Assembly: GCF_000020225.1 (NCBI RefSeq) | Contig: NC_010655.1 | Span: 2,250,001-2,282,000 of the forward strand | Reading direction: 5' to 3' | Source of the DNA: Akkermansia muciniphila ATCC BAA-835 | Lineage (GTDB): Bacteria > Verrucomicrobiota > Verrucomicrobiia > Verrucomicrobiales > Akkermansiaceae | Length of the DNA: 32,000 nucleotides | Shown here: in pieces, positions 18,582 to 26,933 of the stretch | Layout: each line of letters begins with the position of its first letter | Numbering within the stretch: position 1 is the first letter of the stretch | Position numbers and translations under genes: made by a program | Notes under the pieces: model-generated | The model's input: the letters and a program-made list of their open reading frames with translations, nothing else | What the model was told of the DNA's origin: nothing | The model's database searches: none

Positions 18582-19214
18582 ATGATGATGAACTTGATCA
18601 AAGACTGCATTACATTCTTCCAGGCAGGCGGCGTTTTCATGTACCCGCTGGCAGCCTGTTCCGTTCTTCTTATTGCGGCCGTTATTTACCGCATGTTCAA
18701 TATGAAGAAGAGCCTCATTTGCCCCGTCGTGCTGACCAGGGCCGTGGAGCAGTACACCCGCGGCGCCGTGGGGCGCACTGAATTGGAGAGAATAGCTGCG
18801 GATTCGGATTCCGTGGAGGGCCGCCTGGTGCTGGATGCGTTGAATGCACCGCTGGAGGATGAAGCCTCCCTGAAGGAAATGATCCAGGTGAAGGCCCGCG
18901 AGGAGTTTGTAACGCTTCAGGCGGGTCTGCCCCTGCTGGACATGATTGTGATGATCGCACCCATGTTCGGCATCCTGGGAACCGCCAGCGGCCTGGTGCA
19001 GATTTTCAGCGTTTTCGGAATGGATGAGAGTCACGGCATGATTGCTCAGGGGATTGCCCAGGCTCTGAATACGACGATTGCCGGTCTCGCCATCGCCACT
19101 CCGGCCGTGATTGCCCACGTTTATTATTCCCGCAAGCTGGAGCGTATTTCCGCCTCCATGGAAGTCCTGCTGACAGAGCTGGTTTCCTTCCGCTGCCATC
19201 ATTCCCAACGCTGA
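18582..19214 (+). CDS. exbB: MotA/TolQ/ExbB proton-channel protein
   Basis: 210 aa with three hydrophobic helices. The conserved C-terminal channel block is LPLLDMIVMIAPMFGILGTASGLVQIF...IAQALNTTIAGLAIATPA. Confidence 0.8.
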   Translation: MMMNLIKDCITFFQAGGVFMYPLAACSVLLIAAVIYRMFNMKKSLICPVVLTRAVEQYTRGAVGRTELERIAADSDSVEGRLVLDALNAPLEDEASLKEMIQVKAREEFVTLQAGLPLLDMIVMIAPMFGILGTASGLVQIFSVFGMDESHGMIAQGIAQALNTTIAGLAIATPAVIAHVYYSRKLERISASMEVLLTELVSFRCHHSQR

Positions 19215-19221
19215 CAAGGCC

Positions 19222-19650
19222 ATGCAGTTTTACCGCAAGAAAGCAAGGAGCATGGGGGTGCCCATCGTCCCCATGATTGACATATTGACCATTCTGCTGA
19301 TTTTTTTCATTGTCCATACGCAGTGGAAGAAGCCGCAGTCCCTGCTTAAGATAGATGTACCCGGAGCGGAATTCATGGAGGGGACTCCGTCTTCGGAACA
19401 GCGGGCCGTTCTGACCGTGACGGGGACATCCGCCATTTCCCTGAATGGCAGGCTGGTGGAGATGAATGAACTGGCTGCTGCCCTGGAAGCCTTGAAAAAG
19501 GAAAATCCAGGCGTCAAACTGCAGCTTGATGTGGATAAAAAAGCGGAGTTTGGCATCATTGTCGGCATTTGGGATGCGCTGACGTCTGTGGGTATTGACG
19601 CAGGTGAGGTTCCTGCCAGAATAGAAATCAACAAGCCCGGCGCACGGTAA
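19222..19650 (+). CDS. exbD: ExbD/TolR biopolymer transport protein
   Basis: 142 aa. The N-terminal block PIVPMIDILTILLIFFIV is typical of ExbD/TolR. Its start lies 7 nt after the end of exbB. Confidence 0.8.
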   Translation: MQFYRKKARSMGVPIVPMIDILTILLIFFIVHTQWKKPQSLLKIDVPGAEFMEGTPSSEQRAVLTVTGTSAISLNGRLVEMNELAAALEALKKENPGVKLQLDVDKKAEFGIIVGIWDALTSVGIDAGEVPARIEINKPGAR

Positions 19651-19681
19651 GCGCTTTAACATATATATTATCCCCCTCCCG

Positions 19682-20230
19682 ATGTTATTGGAAATAGCAC
19701 AGTATGGAAATCCGGTATTGAAGGAAAAATGCCGCCCTGTAGAACATTTTGACGACAGCCTGAAAACCCTGGCGGAAAATATGCTGGAAACCATGTACGC
19801 AGCAGAGGGCATTGGCCTGGCGGCTCCCCAGGTGAGCATTCCCATTCAACTGGTAGTGATTGATATTCCGAAGGAGGAAGAGTCCGTCACCTGGCTTAAA
19901 GTGAACGGAGAGGACAAAGAGCTTTCCGACATCATGCCCTTGATGTTTGCCAATCCCGTTCTGGAACCTTACGGCCCCATGCATCCTTTTCATGAAGGCT
20001 GCCTGAGCGTGATGAAAATACGTGCTTCCGTCGTGAGGCCGGATTTTGTCAAGGCTACGGTGCTTCTGATTGACGGAAGAGAAATAACGATTGACTGCAA
20101 CGGCCTTCTGGCCAGATGCCTGCAGCATGAATGCGACCATTTGAACGGCATCCTTTTTGTGGAGCGCGTTTCTTCCGCACAGAAGATTACCCTGCGCAAC
20201 AAATTGAAGCGTCTGGCATTGGGATATTAG
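19682..20230 (+). CDS. def: Peptide deformylase
   Basis: All three PDF motifs are present: GIGLAAPQV, EGCLSV, HECDHLNG. Confidence 0.95.
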   Translation: MLLEIAQYGNPVLKEKCRPVEHFDDSLKTLAENMLETMYAAEGIGLAAPQVSIPIQLVVIDIPKEEESVTWLKVNGEDKELSDIMPLMFANPVLEPYGPMHPFHEGCLSVMKIRASVVRPDFVKATVLLIDGREITIDCNGLLARCLQHECDHLNGILFVERVSSAQKITLRNKLKRLALGY

Positions 20231-20390
20231 CTTTCCGTGACATCCCTCAGGCCCTTTATGGCAGCCAAAGGAGGGGGGGCAAAGAAGACCGCATTCCGGA
20301 ACCGCAAAGTTTTTACAGCCGGAAACCGTCCCGTGATGTTCCCGGCAGACTATAATCCACCCGGGTTCGCAGTATTCGGAAGAGAAGAGG

Positions 20391-21578
20391 TCAGGACGCT
20401 TTTTCCGGATCCGGCTGAACCGGTTTTCCGGATTCTCTTTTGACGCGTATTTGCAAATCTGCCAAAGCGTTCATGTAGTAAATGTACGCGTCAAAGGCGG
20501 ATGCATACGGCGTGAAGGAGTTTTCCTTCTGCATGTAGTGGAAGTGGTCCGCGCTCTGCAGTTTGCGCCAAACGTGGGTGAGATCCTTGTCATGGGCTGC
20601 CTTGACCGGTTTTTCCAGACGGTAGATTTTGCGGAGGGCTTCATCCTGCATGACGTTGCCATTCCAATGGGACATGGTTCCAAAAGTGGAGCAGGTCATT
20701 TCCTGGGTGCACTCACAGACGGAAACGGGCTTGATTTCCTGCGCTACTTCGGACGGAGTCATGAACCGGTTGCCGGCGTCTATGCAGGCGAGAATCATCG
20801 TACGCCAGAATTCGAAGACGCCTGTAGCGTCAGACTGTCGTTCCCCCAGAGTTTCATAGTCCATGGACAGGGTAGTGACGCTTCCCTGCTGGTGCGTCAG
20901 CCAATCCGCGAAAGTGGTGGGGGAAAGCGGGTATTCCGACCATTCCGGATCAGTCCGCATGATTGCCAGGTCATTGGAGAGTTCCCGGTTGCGGAAGATA
21001 GTGGTGGTGTTATACACCCACGGAGCCAGGAAGACTTCATTGCTGGTAAATCCCTTGAGCATGGCCGGGTTGCCGTCCGCCATGATGCCCTTGAAACCGA
21101 GCGTTTCCGCCTGCGCCGCAATGGCGTTGGAGTACAGCATGCCGGTATTCATCAGCACATCCGTTTCCTGATGGAAGAGTTTTTTGAGAAGCTCCCGGTG
21201 TTCTTCAATCTGTTCGGCAAATTCCTGAGGGGAGTAAACGGATGCCAGGGAATTGTAATAAGGCATTGCCAGAAAGTCCACACAGCCGGTTTCCGCCAGA
21301 TCCTTGAATGCGGCAATCAGGTCCGGCCTGTGGTACAGGGCCTGTTCCAGAATGACTCCGCTGAGCGCCAGCCCAAAGCGGAATTTGCCCCCGGTGAGTT
21401 CAATAAGCTGTTTCATCAGCCGGGTTGCCGGGAAATAACAGCGCTCCGCCACCGTGCTAAGCACGCGGGCATTCAGATCATCATCTTCATAAAAGGCATG
21501 TTCTCCAATTTTGAAGAAGTCATAATGAATCAGCCGGTTGGGCTGATGCGCAACGAAAGTGAGGGAAATGTTGCTCAT
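20391..21578 (-). CDS. Glycoside hydrolase family 57 protein (alpha-glucan acting)
   Basis: It has the GH57 region I (FVAHQPNRL) and a nucleophile-region block (SMDYETLGERQ, compare the conserved DxExFGxH pattern). 395 aa, adjacent to a glucan-synthase-like glycosyltransferase. Confidence 0.75.
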   Translation of the reverse strand: MSNISLTFVAHQPNRLIHYDFFKIGEHAFYEDDDLNARVLSTVAERCYFPATRLMKQLIELTGGKFRFGLALSGVILEQALYHRPDLIAAFKDLAETGCVDFLAMPYYNSLASVYSPQEFAEQIEEHRELLKKLFHQETDVLMNTGMLYSNAIAAQAETLGFKGIMADGNPAMLKGFTSNEVFLAPWVYNTTTIFRNRELSNDLAIMRTDPEWSEYPLSPTTFADWLTHQQGSVTTLSMDYETLGERQSDATGVFEFWRTMILACIDAGNRFMTPSEVAQEIKPVSVCECTQEMTCSTFGTMSHWNGNVMQDEALRKIYRLEKPVKAAHDKDLTHVWRKLQSADHFHYMQKENSFTPYASAFDAYIYYMNALADLQIRVKRESGKPVQPDPEKAS

Positions 21579-21628
21579 GGACGGGGTGAAGAAGGCTGAG
21601 AGTTATGGAGTAGGGTAAAAAGGCGTTT

Positions 21629-22927
21629 TTAGCGGTTCAGCACATGTTCATAGACCCGGATAACCTTGTCTGCGGCGGCATCCCAGGTGGAGGCCTTGAT
21701 GTCCTCCGTGCTCTGTTCCACTACTTTCCGGTACAATTCCTCATCCGTGCAGAGATGGACGATATGTTCCGCCATCTTGTTGACGTCCCAGAAATCCGCT
21801 TTCAGGGCTCCCTTCATGACTTCCGCCACGCCGGACTGCTTGGAAATCACGGCGGGAATGTTGAATTGGGCCGCCTCCAGCGCAGAAAGGCCGAAGGGCT
21901 CCGATACGGAAGGCATGCAGTAGATGTCCGTGATGGAGAGGAGTTCATTGACTTTGTCCTTGTTCAGGAAGCCGGTGAAGTGGAATTTGTCGCCCACGCC
22001 CTTGAAGGCTCCGGATTCGATCAACTGGCGGAGCTTTTCTCCCGTACCGGCCATGACGAAGCGTACGTCGTCCGTCTGTTCCAGAACCTTGGCGGCAATC
22101 TGAAGGAAGAATCCCGGGCCTTTCTGAGCCGTCAGGCGGCCCAGGAAGAGGACGAGTTTTTCCGGGAATTTTTTCTTCCCTTTGAAGACTTTGACCGGAT
22201 CCGCTCCGTTGTGAATGGGAAATATCTTATGGGGGTCGATGGCATAGTGCCCGCTGGCGATGGTTCCCGTGTATTTACTGACCGGGATAACGGCATCCGC
22301 CTGTTCCATGCCGAATTTTTCAATGTCGTAAATCCAGCCGCGGGCATCCGCTCCGGCACGGTCAAACTGGGAAGCGTGCAGATGCACCACCAGGGGCTTG
22401 CCCGTGGCTTTTTTCACTTCCACGCCAGCCAGATAGGTCATCCAGTCATGGGCGTGGATAATGTCAAAATCCTGCTGAAGGGCGACTTTTACCGCTATTT
22501 TTGAGAATTGAATGACTTTCAGGGCCAGGTCTCCGGCGTAAAGGTCTTCCTTGTTCCTGAACAGCTGAAGGTCGGCTTCATGCGTTTTGGAGAAGGTGAT
22601 GCGGCCTTCCTTGGTGAACTGCACCACGCCGGATCCCCCTTCCACGGTGGTGTAGGGGTCCAGTTCAATGGGCGCGCGCTCCACCAGGGCAAAGCTGTCA
22701 TAGGAATATTTCCGGTCCACTTGCTCCACTTCCCGATAGGAGACGTTATTGAGACCGGTGAGCTGGAATCCGTCAAAAAGGACGGAAGGGTCGGCCTTGG
22801 GAACGATCACCCTTAAATCCACTTTTTTTGCCAGCGCCTTGGAAAGACCCAGGCAGGCAATGCCCAACCCCCCGTTGACCAGGGGCGGGAATTCCCATCC
22901 TAATGTAAGAACTCGAATTGTGCTCAT
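21629..22927 (-). CDS. Retaining glycosyltransferase, GT4/GT5 glycogen-synthase-like, 432 aa
   Basis: I moved the start to the ATG at 22927 (MSTIRVLTLGWEFPPLVNGGLGIAC, a typical glycogen-synthase-like N-terminus). The E-x7-E motif SEPFGLSALEAAQ is present. Confidence 0.75.
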   Translation of the reverse strand: MSTIRVLTLGWEFPPLVNGGLGIACLGLSKALAKKVDLRVIVPKADPSVLFDGFQLTGLNNVSYREVEQVDRKYSYDSFALVERAPIELDPYTTVEGGSGVVQFTKEGRITFSKTHEADLQLFRNKEDLYAGDLALKVIQFSKIAVKVALQQDFDIIHAHDWMTYLAGVEVKKATGKPLVVHLHASQFDRAGADARGWIYDIEKFGMEQADAVIPVSKYTGTIASGHYAIDPHKIFPIHNGADPVKVFKGKKKFPEKLVLFLGRLTAQKGPGFFLQIAAKVLEQTDDVRFVMAGTGEKLRQLIESGAFKGVGDKFHFTGFLNKDKVNELLSITDIYCMPSVSEPFGLSALEAAQFNIPAVISKQSGVAEVMKGALKADFWDVNKMAEHIVHLCTDEELYRKVVEQSTEDIKASTWDAAADKVIRVYEHVLNR

Positions 22928-23147
22928 CGGTTGATGTGGTTTGTCGGTGCCGGGAAGGATACGGACTCGTGCCGTGTTGTACACCAACGCAATAAAACCA
23001 GATTTTTCATGTTCGGTCTAGATTAATATGAATAATTTTACTCTAATAATGAAAAGAAAAGTGCTGCTTTAGTTCAATCTTGCGTTCGTCATGAAATTGA
23101 TTTAGTCTGGACTGAACGCTTTTGATCCTCTCTTCCGTCCGGCTTCA
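22928..23147. promoter_or_regulatory. AT-rich divergent intergenic region between the GT/GH57 genes and the GH31 gene
   Basis: A 220-bp gap contains a markedly AT-rich core (tctagattaatatgaataattttactctaataatgaaaagaaaag). Promoter function is inferred from the arrangement and composition only. Confidence 0.35.
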
Positions 23148-25544
23148 ATGTGCTCCGTTTCCAACATCCCTGAAAGACGAAAAACACCTCCTCTCCGGGG
23201 GAGTCTCGTCAAATGGGAGTACACGAATACGGTTTCCAAAATAACTCTCAGCGTGTGTCTTGCTGATGCCGGTATTGTCCGCGTAACGTATTTCCCCGGA
23301 GCGGTGCCGGAAGACGAGCCGAGTTATGCCGTAAGCCCCGGATATTCCGCGCCGGGAGCGGAAATCCGCGAGTATGATGAGGACGGGTTTCATGTCGTTG
23401 AGACGTCCCTGCTCCGCATCCGCATTCGCACGGAGGAGCAAAAGGTGGATTTTTACGATGTTGCTACGGATGAGCCCCTGCTGACGGATGAGGGCGGATT
23501 CGGCCGGGAGAGCAAGGACTGGACTGGAGACGCCCGGGTATGGATACGGAAAAATCTTCAGGAAACGGAGCATTTTTTCGGGCTTGGGGACAAGCCGTGT
23601 GCCTTGAACCTGAGGGGCAAGTATTTCTCCATGTGGGGAGCGGACCATTATGATTTCCATGAGGAGTCGGATCCCCTTTACAAAAGTATTCCCTTTTTCC
23701 TCAGTTTGCGGGAAAGGAAGGCGTACGGCCTGTTGTTTGACAACACGTGCCGTTCGTATTTCGACTTCGGAGCTACGGATGAAAAGGTTCTTTCCTTCGG
23801 GTCCTTCGGGGGCCTGATGAATTATTATTTCATTTACGACAACACTCCTCTGGACATCATCTCCGCTTATACGCGCCTTACCGGTACGCCTGAATTGCCG
23901 CCTTTGTGGGCGCTGGGGTACCACCAGTCCAAGTGGAGCTATTATCCGGACAAGGCCGTATACAATCTGGTGGAGCGTTTCCGGGGCCTGGGCATTCCGT
24001 GCGATGCCGTGCATCTGGACCATCATTACATGGAACGGAAGGAGGGATTTACCTGGGACAAACAGAATTTTCCCGACGCGGAAGGAATGGTCCGCGCCCT
24101 GGAGAAGGACGGTGTGAAGACGGTTCTGATTGTCAATCCCGGCGTGAAGGTCAATTCCGTCAATCCGGTCTGGAAAGAGGGGATGGAACGCAATTATTTC
24201 TGCCGCCGGTCGGAAGGCAATTTATTGTCGGAAGAAGTATGGCCGGGACTTTGCAATTTTCCGGATTTTACGGCTCCCGCCGTACGCGGCTGGTGGGCGG
24301 ATCTGTTCAGCAGGGATATTGGGAAAATTGGCGTGCGCGGCCTCTGGAACGACATGAACGAACCTGTCGTTTTTCCGGACCGCACTTTCCCGATGGATAC
24401 GCGGCATGAATATGACGGCATGCCCTGTTCCCATGAAAAGGCCCATAATATTTACGGGCAGTGCATGGCGGAAGCCTCCTGGCTGGGCATGAAGCGTCAC
24501 GCTCCGGACCGGCGCCCCTTCCTGCTGTCCCGATCCGGTTTTGCCGGATTGCAGCGCTTTGCCGCCACATGGACAGGGGACAACCGGTCCAGCTGGGAAC
24601 ATTTGAAGCTGGCCAATTTCCAGTGCCAGCGGCTTGCGGCTTCCGGCATTTCCTTTGCGGGAGCGGATGCTGGGGGATTCATGGGGCATCCCACGCCGGA
24701 ATTGTTTTGCCGCTGGATGCAAATGGCTTCTTTCCACGGTTTTTTCCGCAATCATTCCTCCGGGGAGTTCGGCGGTCAGGAGCCATGGGTTTTTGGGCAG
24801 GAAGTCACCTCTTACGTGAAAGCCGCCATAGAGGGCCGCTACCGCCTGCTTCCCTATATCTACACGCAGTTCCGCCGGTACGCGGAGACGGGCATGCCCG
24901 TGCTGCGCTCCCTGGCCCTGCAATGTTTTACCAACAAGGACACCTACTGGCGGGGGGCGGAGTATTTCTTTGGAGACCATCTGTACGTCATTCCCATTCA
25001 TGAGCCGCAGGAAGGCGGGAGGTTCCTCTACATTCCGGAGGGCGTCTGGTATTCCTACCACACGGACAGCCTGATGGAGGACACAGGAAAGGATGTATGG
25101 GTGAAGTGCCCCCTTTCTTTCCTGCCCGTGTATGTCCGCGGAGGGGCGGTAATTCCCCATTGGCCGGTACAGCAATACGTGGGAGAACTGCCTCGGCCGC
25201 CGCTGACGCTGGATGTATGGTGGGCGCCGGAAGGGGAGGTGGCTTCCCATTTGTATGAAGATGCAGGGGACGGATATGCATACCGGAACGGAGAATGCGC
25301 CGTGCATGGGTTCCTTTACCGCGGCGGCACCAATTCCCTGGAGCTGGATTGGAACTGCGAAGGGGATCCCTGTGCGTTCCATGAGTCCGCAGAGGTGGTT
25401 TTGCACGGTTTGCCTGCGGGTATTTCCGTCAGTGCATGCATGGACGGCGTGCCGTGCTGCGGCGTGATGAGGGAAGGAAGGGTGTGGAAAATACCGGTGA
25501 AGGATAAATTTGACACGCTTTCCGTCTGCTGGCCGGAGGAATAA
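23148..25544 (+). CDS. Glycoside hydrolase family 31 alpha-glucosidase
   Basis: 798 aa. It carries the GH31 nucleophile block GLWNDMNEP and the acid/base region FAATWTGDN. Confidence 0.9.
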   Translation: MCSVSNIPERRKTPPLRGSLVKWEYTNTVSKITLSVCLADAGIVRVTYFPGAVPEDEPSYAVSPGYSAPGAEIREYDEDGFHVVETSLLRIRIRTEEQKVDFYDVATDEPLLTDEGGFGRESKDWTGDARVWIRKNLQETEHFFGLGDKPCALNLRGKYFSMWGADHYDFHEESDPLYKSIPFFLSLRERKAYGLLFDNTCRSYFDFGATDEKVLSFGSFGGLMNYYFIYDNTPLDIISAYTRLTGTPELPPLWALGYHQSKWSYYPDKAVYNLVERFRGLGIPCDAVHLDHHYMERKEGFTWDKQNFPDAEGMVRALEKDGVKTVLIVNPGVKVNSVNPVWKEGMERNYFCRRSEGNLLSEEVWPGLCNFPDFTAPAVRGWWADLFSRDIGKIGVRGLWNDMNEPVVFPDRTFPMDTRHEYDGMPCSHEKAHNIYGQCMAEASWLGMKRHAPDRRPFLLSRSGFAGLQRFAATWTGDNRSSWEHLKLANFQCQRLAASGISFAGADAGGFMGHPTPELFCRWMQMASFHGFFRNHSSGEFGGQEPWVFGQEVTSYVKAAIEGRYRLLPYIYTQFRRYAETGMPVLRSLALQCFTNKDTYWRGAEYFFGDHLYVIPIHEPQEGGRFLYIPEGVWYSYHTDSLMEDTGKDVWVKCPLSFLPVYVRGGAVIPHWPVQQYVGELPRPPLTLDVWWAPEGEVASHLYEDAGDGYAYRNGECAVHGFLYRGGTNSLELDWNCEGDPCAFHESAEVVLHGLPAGISVSACMDGVPCCGVMREGRVWKIPVKDKFDTLSVCWPEE

Positions 25545-25582
25545 TGTTCTTCCATTAAGGGATGAGGCGTCCGGAGGAACTG

Positions 25583-26596
25583 TCATGGAAGGTGGAAACT
25601 GCGCCTGACCGTATCCCTCTTCAGTTTCAGTTCCCGCCATTCATGCGTCAGGGTGGAGGAGGCCACTACGCCGCCCCCGGTGCAGAGTGCGAGCCTCTGC
25701 CCCTGCCAGTACAGGGAGCGAATGCCTACCAGGCAGAAAAAGTCTCCATCTTCCAGAAACCCGAACGGGGCGCCGAAGTGAAGCGGACAGCGGAGACGTG
25801 AACGCCAGTCGTCCAGCTGGGCGAGCGTGTTTTCCGTGCGGGGCTGGGAACCCAGGGCGGGGGTGGGGTGGAGCAGCCGTATCCAGTGGGCCGGAGTATG
25901 CTGTTCGTCCGATTCCAGTGTGAGGTAAGTGACGAAGTGGATCAGGGTGCCCAGGTTCAGCACGCTGCGTGCCGTTCTGGTGACGCTGCCGAAGGGGGAC
26001 AGGCGGGAAAGAATGCTGCCCGCCACGATTTCATGCTCGCGGATTTCCTTGTCGTCGTTGATGAAAACCCCTTCATCCTCCGGACGGGCCGTTCCTGCCA
26101 GGGCCATTGTCTCCAGGCGGCGGCTCTGCTGGTGGAACAGTGTTTCCGGAGTGATTCCGCAGAATCCTTCCCGTTCCGTCCACCAGGCGTAGGGATAATG
26201 GGACGGAGAGCTGCTGATGGCCCGCAGGATGAGTTCCCGGGGTGTGTGGGGGAGCAGCATTTCCCCGAACTGGGGGATCGCCGGAACGCTTTTCATCAAT
26301 TGCCCGGCAGCGATTTGCTCCATCATTTCCGCAAAAACCTGCGCGTATGTGTCCGGAGACGGTTCCGTCCACCGGATTTCCGGAGCAGGCGGGGGAGGAT
26401 TTCCCTCCGCCGGGAGAGCATGAAGGGCTGCCGGTATTTTCCATGGCCGCGGGTCGTCCAGCCGGAATGTATCAATATAAAAGGCGGGGCCGGAATCCGG
26501 CGGTTCCGCTGATTCCCGGAAAGGCCCGGTTCCGAGAAGAAGGCCGCGGGAAGGGTGCTTGATCAGGGCTCCGGAAGTCAGCGTTTTTATGTCCAT
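25583..26596 (-). CDS. menF: Isochorismate synthase (menaquinone-type, short form)
   Basis: Chorismate-binding enzyme blocks are present: LLHPTPALGSQPR, FGAPFGFLEDGDFFCLVGIRS, CTGGGVVASSTLTHEWRELKLK. The track start at 26602 is a TTG, so I use the ATG two codons downstream at 26596 (MDIKTL...). Confidence 0.7.
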   Translation of the reverse strand: MDIKTLTSGALIKHPSRGLLLGTGPFRESAEPPDSGPAFYIDTFRLDDPRPWKIPAALHALPAEGNPPPPAPEIRWTEPSPDTYAQVFAEMMEQIAAGQLMKSVPAIPQFGEMLLPHTPRELILRAISSSPSHYPYAWWTEREGFCGITPETLFHQQSRRLETMALAGTARPEDEGVFINDDKEIREHEIVAGSILSRLSPFGSVTRTARSVLNLGTLIHFVTYLTLESDEQHTPAHWIRLLHPTPALGSQPRTENTLAQLDDWRSRLRCPLHFGAPFGFLEDGDFFCLVGIRSLYWQGQRLALCTGGGVVASSTLTHEWRELKLKRDTVRRSFHLP

Positions 26597-26933
26597 GCGC
26601 AATTCATGTTAAAATGCCGCCGCCGGGAATTCCAGCTATTTGAATGTTTGTGAAGTGCGGAAGAAACGGGAATGACGGTTCAGTGGGCGCCTCCGTTTTT
26701 CCAGAATGTCCCATGGATGGCATGGACCTGAAAAAGGGTATTCCCCTTCGTCCCTAACGCTTTTTCCTCCTCCGTTGAAAAAGCAGGGGATGACGACCTT
26801 TCCCTGCCCGGAGCCTGTAACGGAGAGGAACTCCGCCCCTGTTTCCTGGAGCCGTGCGCCATGTCACGTGCGTTCCCCTTTTGAAATTGACGGGGAAAAG
26901 CACTCAAGTAAGCTTTAAAGAGCTTCCGACCCT
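26597..26933. promoter_or_regulatory. Divergent intergenic region menF <-> actC
   Basis: A 337-bp gap lies between divergent genes. The two short ORFs inside it (26680..26907 -, 26706..26918 +) show no coding character. Function is inferred from the arrangement only. Confidence 0.3.

Noticed and set aside
20231-20390. Search for a bidirectional terminator between convergent def and GH57 (TTCCGG at 20294-20299 pairs with CCGGAA at 20319-20324; TTCCGGAA at 20294-20301 is itself a palindrome)
   Set aside because: The stem is only 6 bp with a 19-nt loop, and there is no flanking T/A tract on either strand. That is not a convincing intrinsic terminator.
20451-22504. 382-aa (20451..21599) and 286-aa (21644..22504) plus-strand ORFs antisense to the GH57 and GT genes
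   Set aside because: The minus-strand frames carry the GH57 and E-x7-E glycosyltransferase motifs. The plus-strand products show no family features.
23145-25640. 293-aa (23145..24026) and 472-aa (24222..25640) minus-strand ORFs antisense to the GH31 gene
   Set aside because: The plus strand encodes a complete GH31 (WNDMNEP, WTGDN). The antisense products are Arg/Pro/His-rich, and the second one would also overlap menF out of frame.
26680-26918. Short ORFs in the menF-actC gap (75 aa minus strand, 70 aa plus strand) as possible ActA/ActB remnants or a leader peptide
   Set aside because: They have no CxxCH or Cys-cluster motifs, no hydrophobic segment and no plausible coupling to actC. I treat the gap as non-coding.
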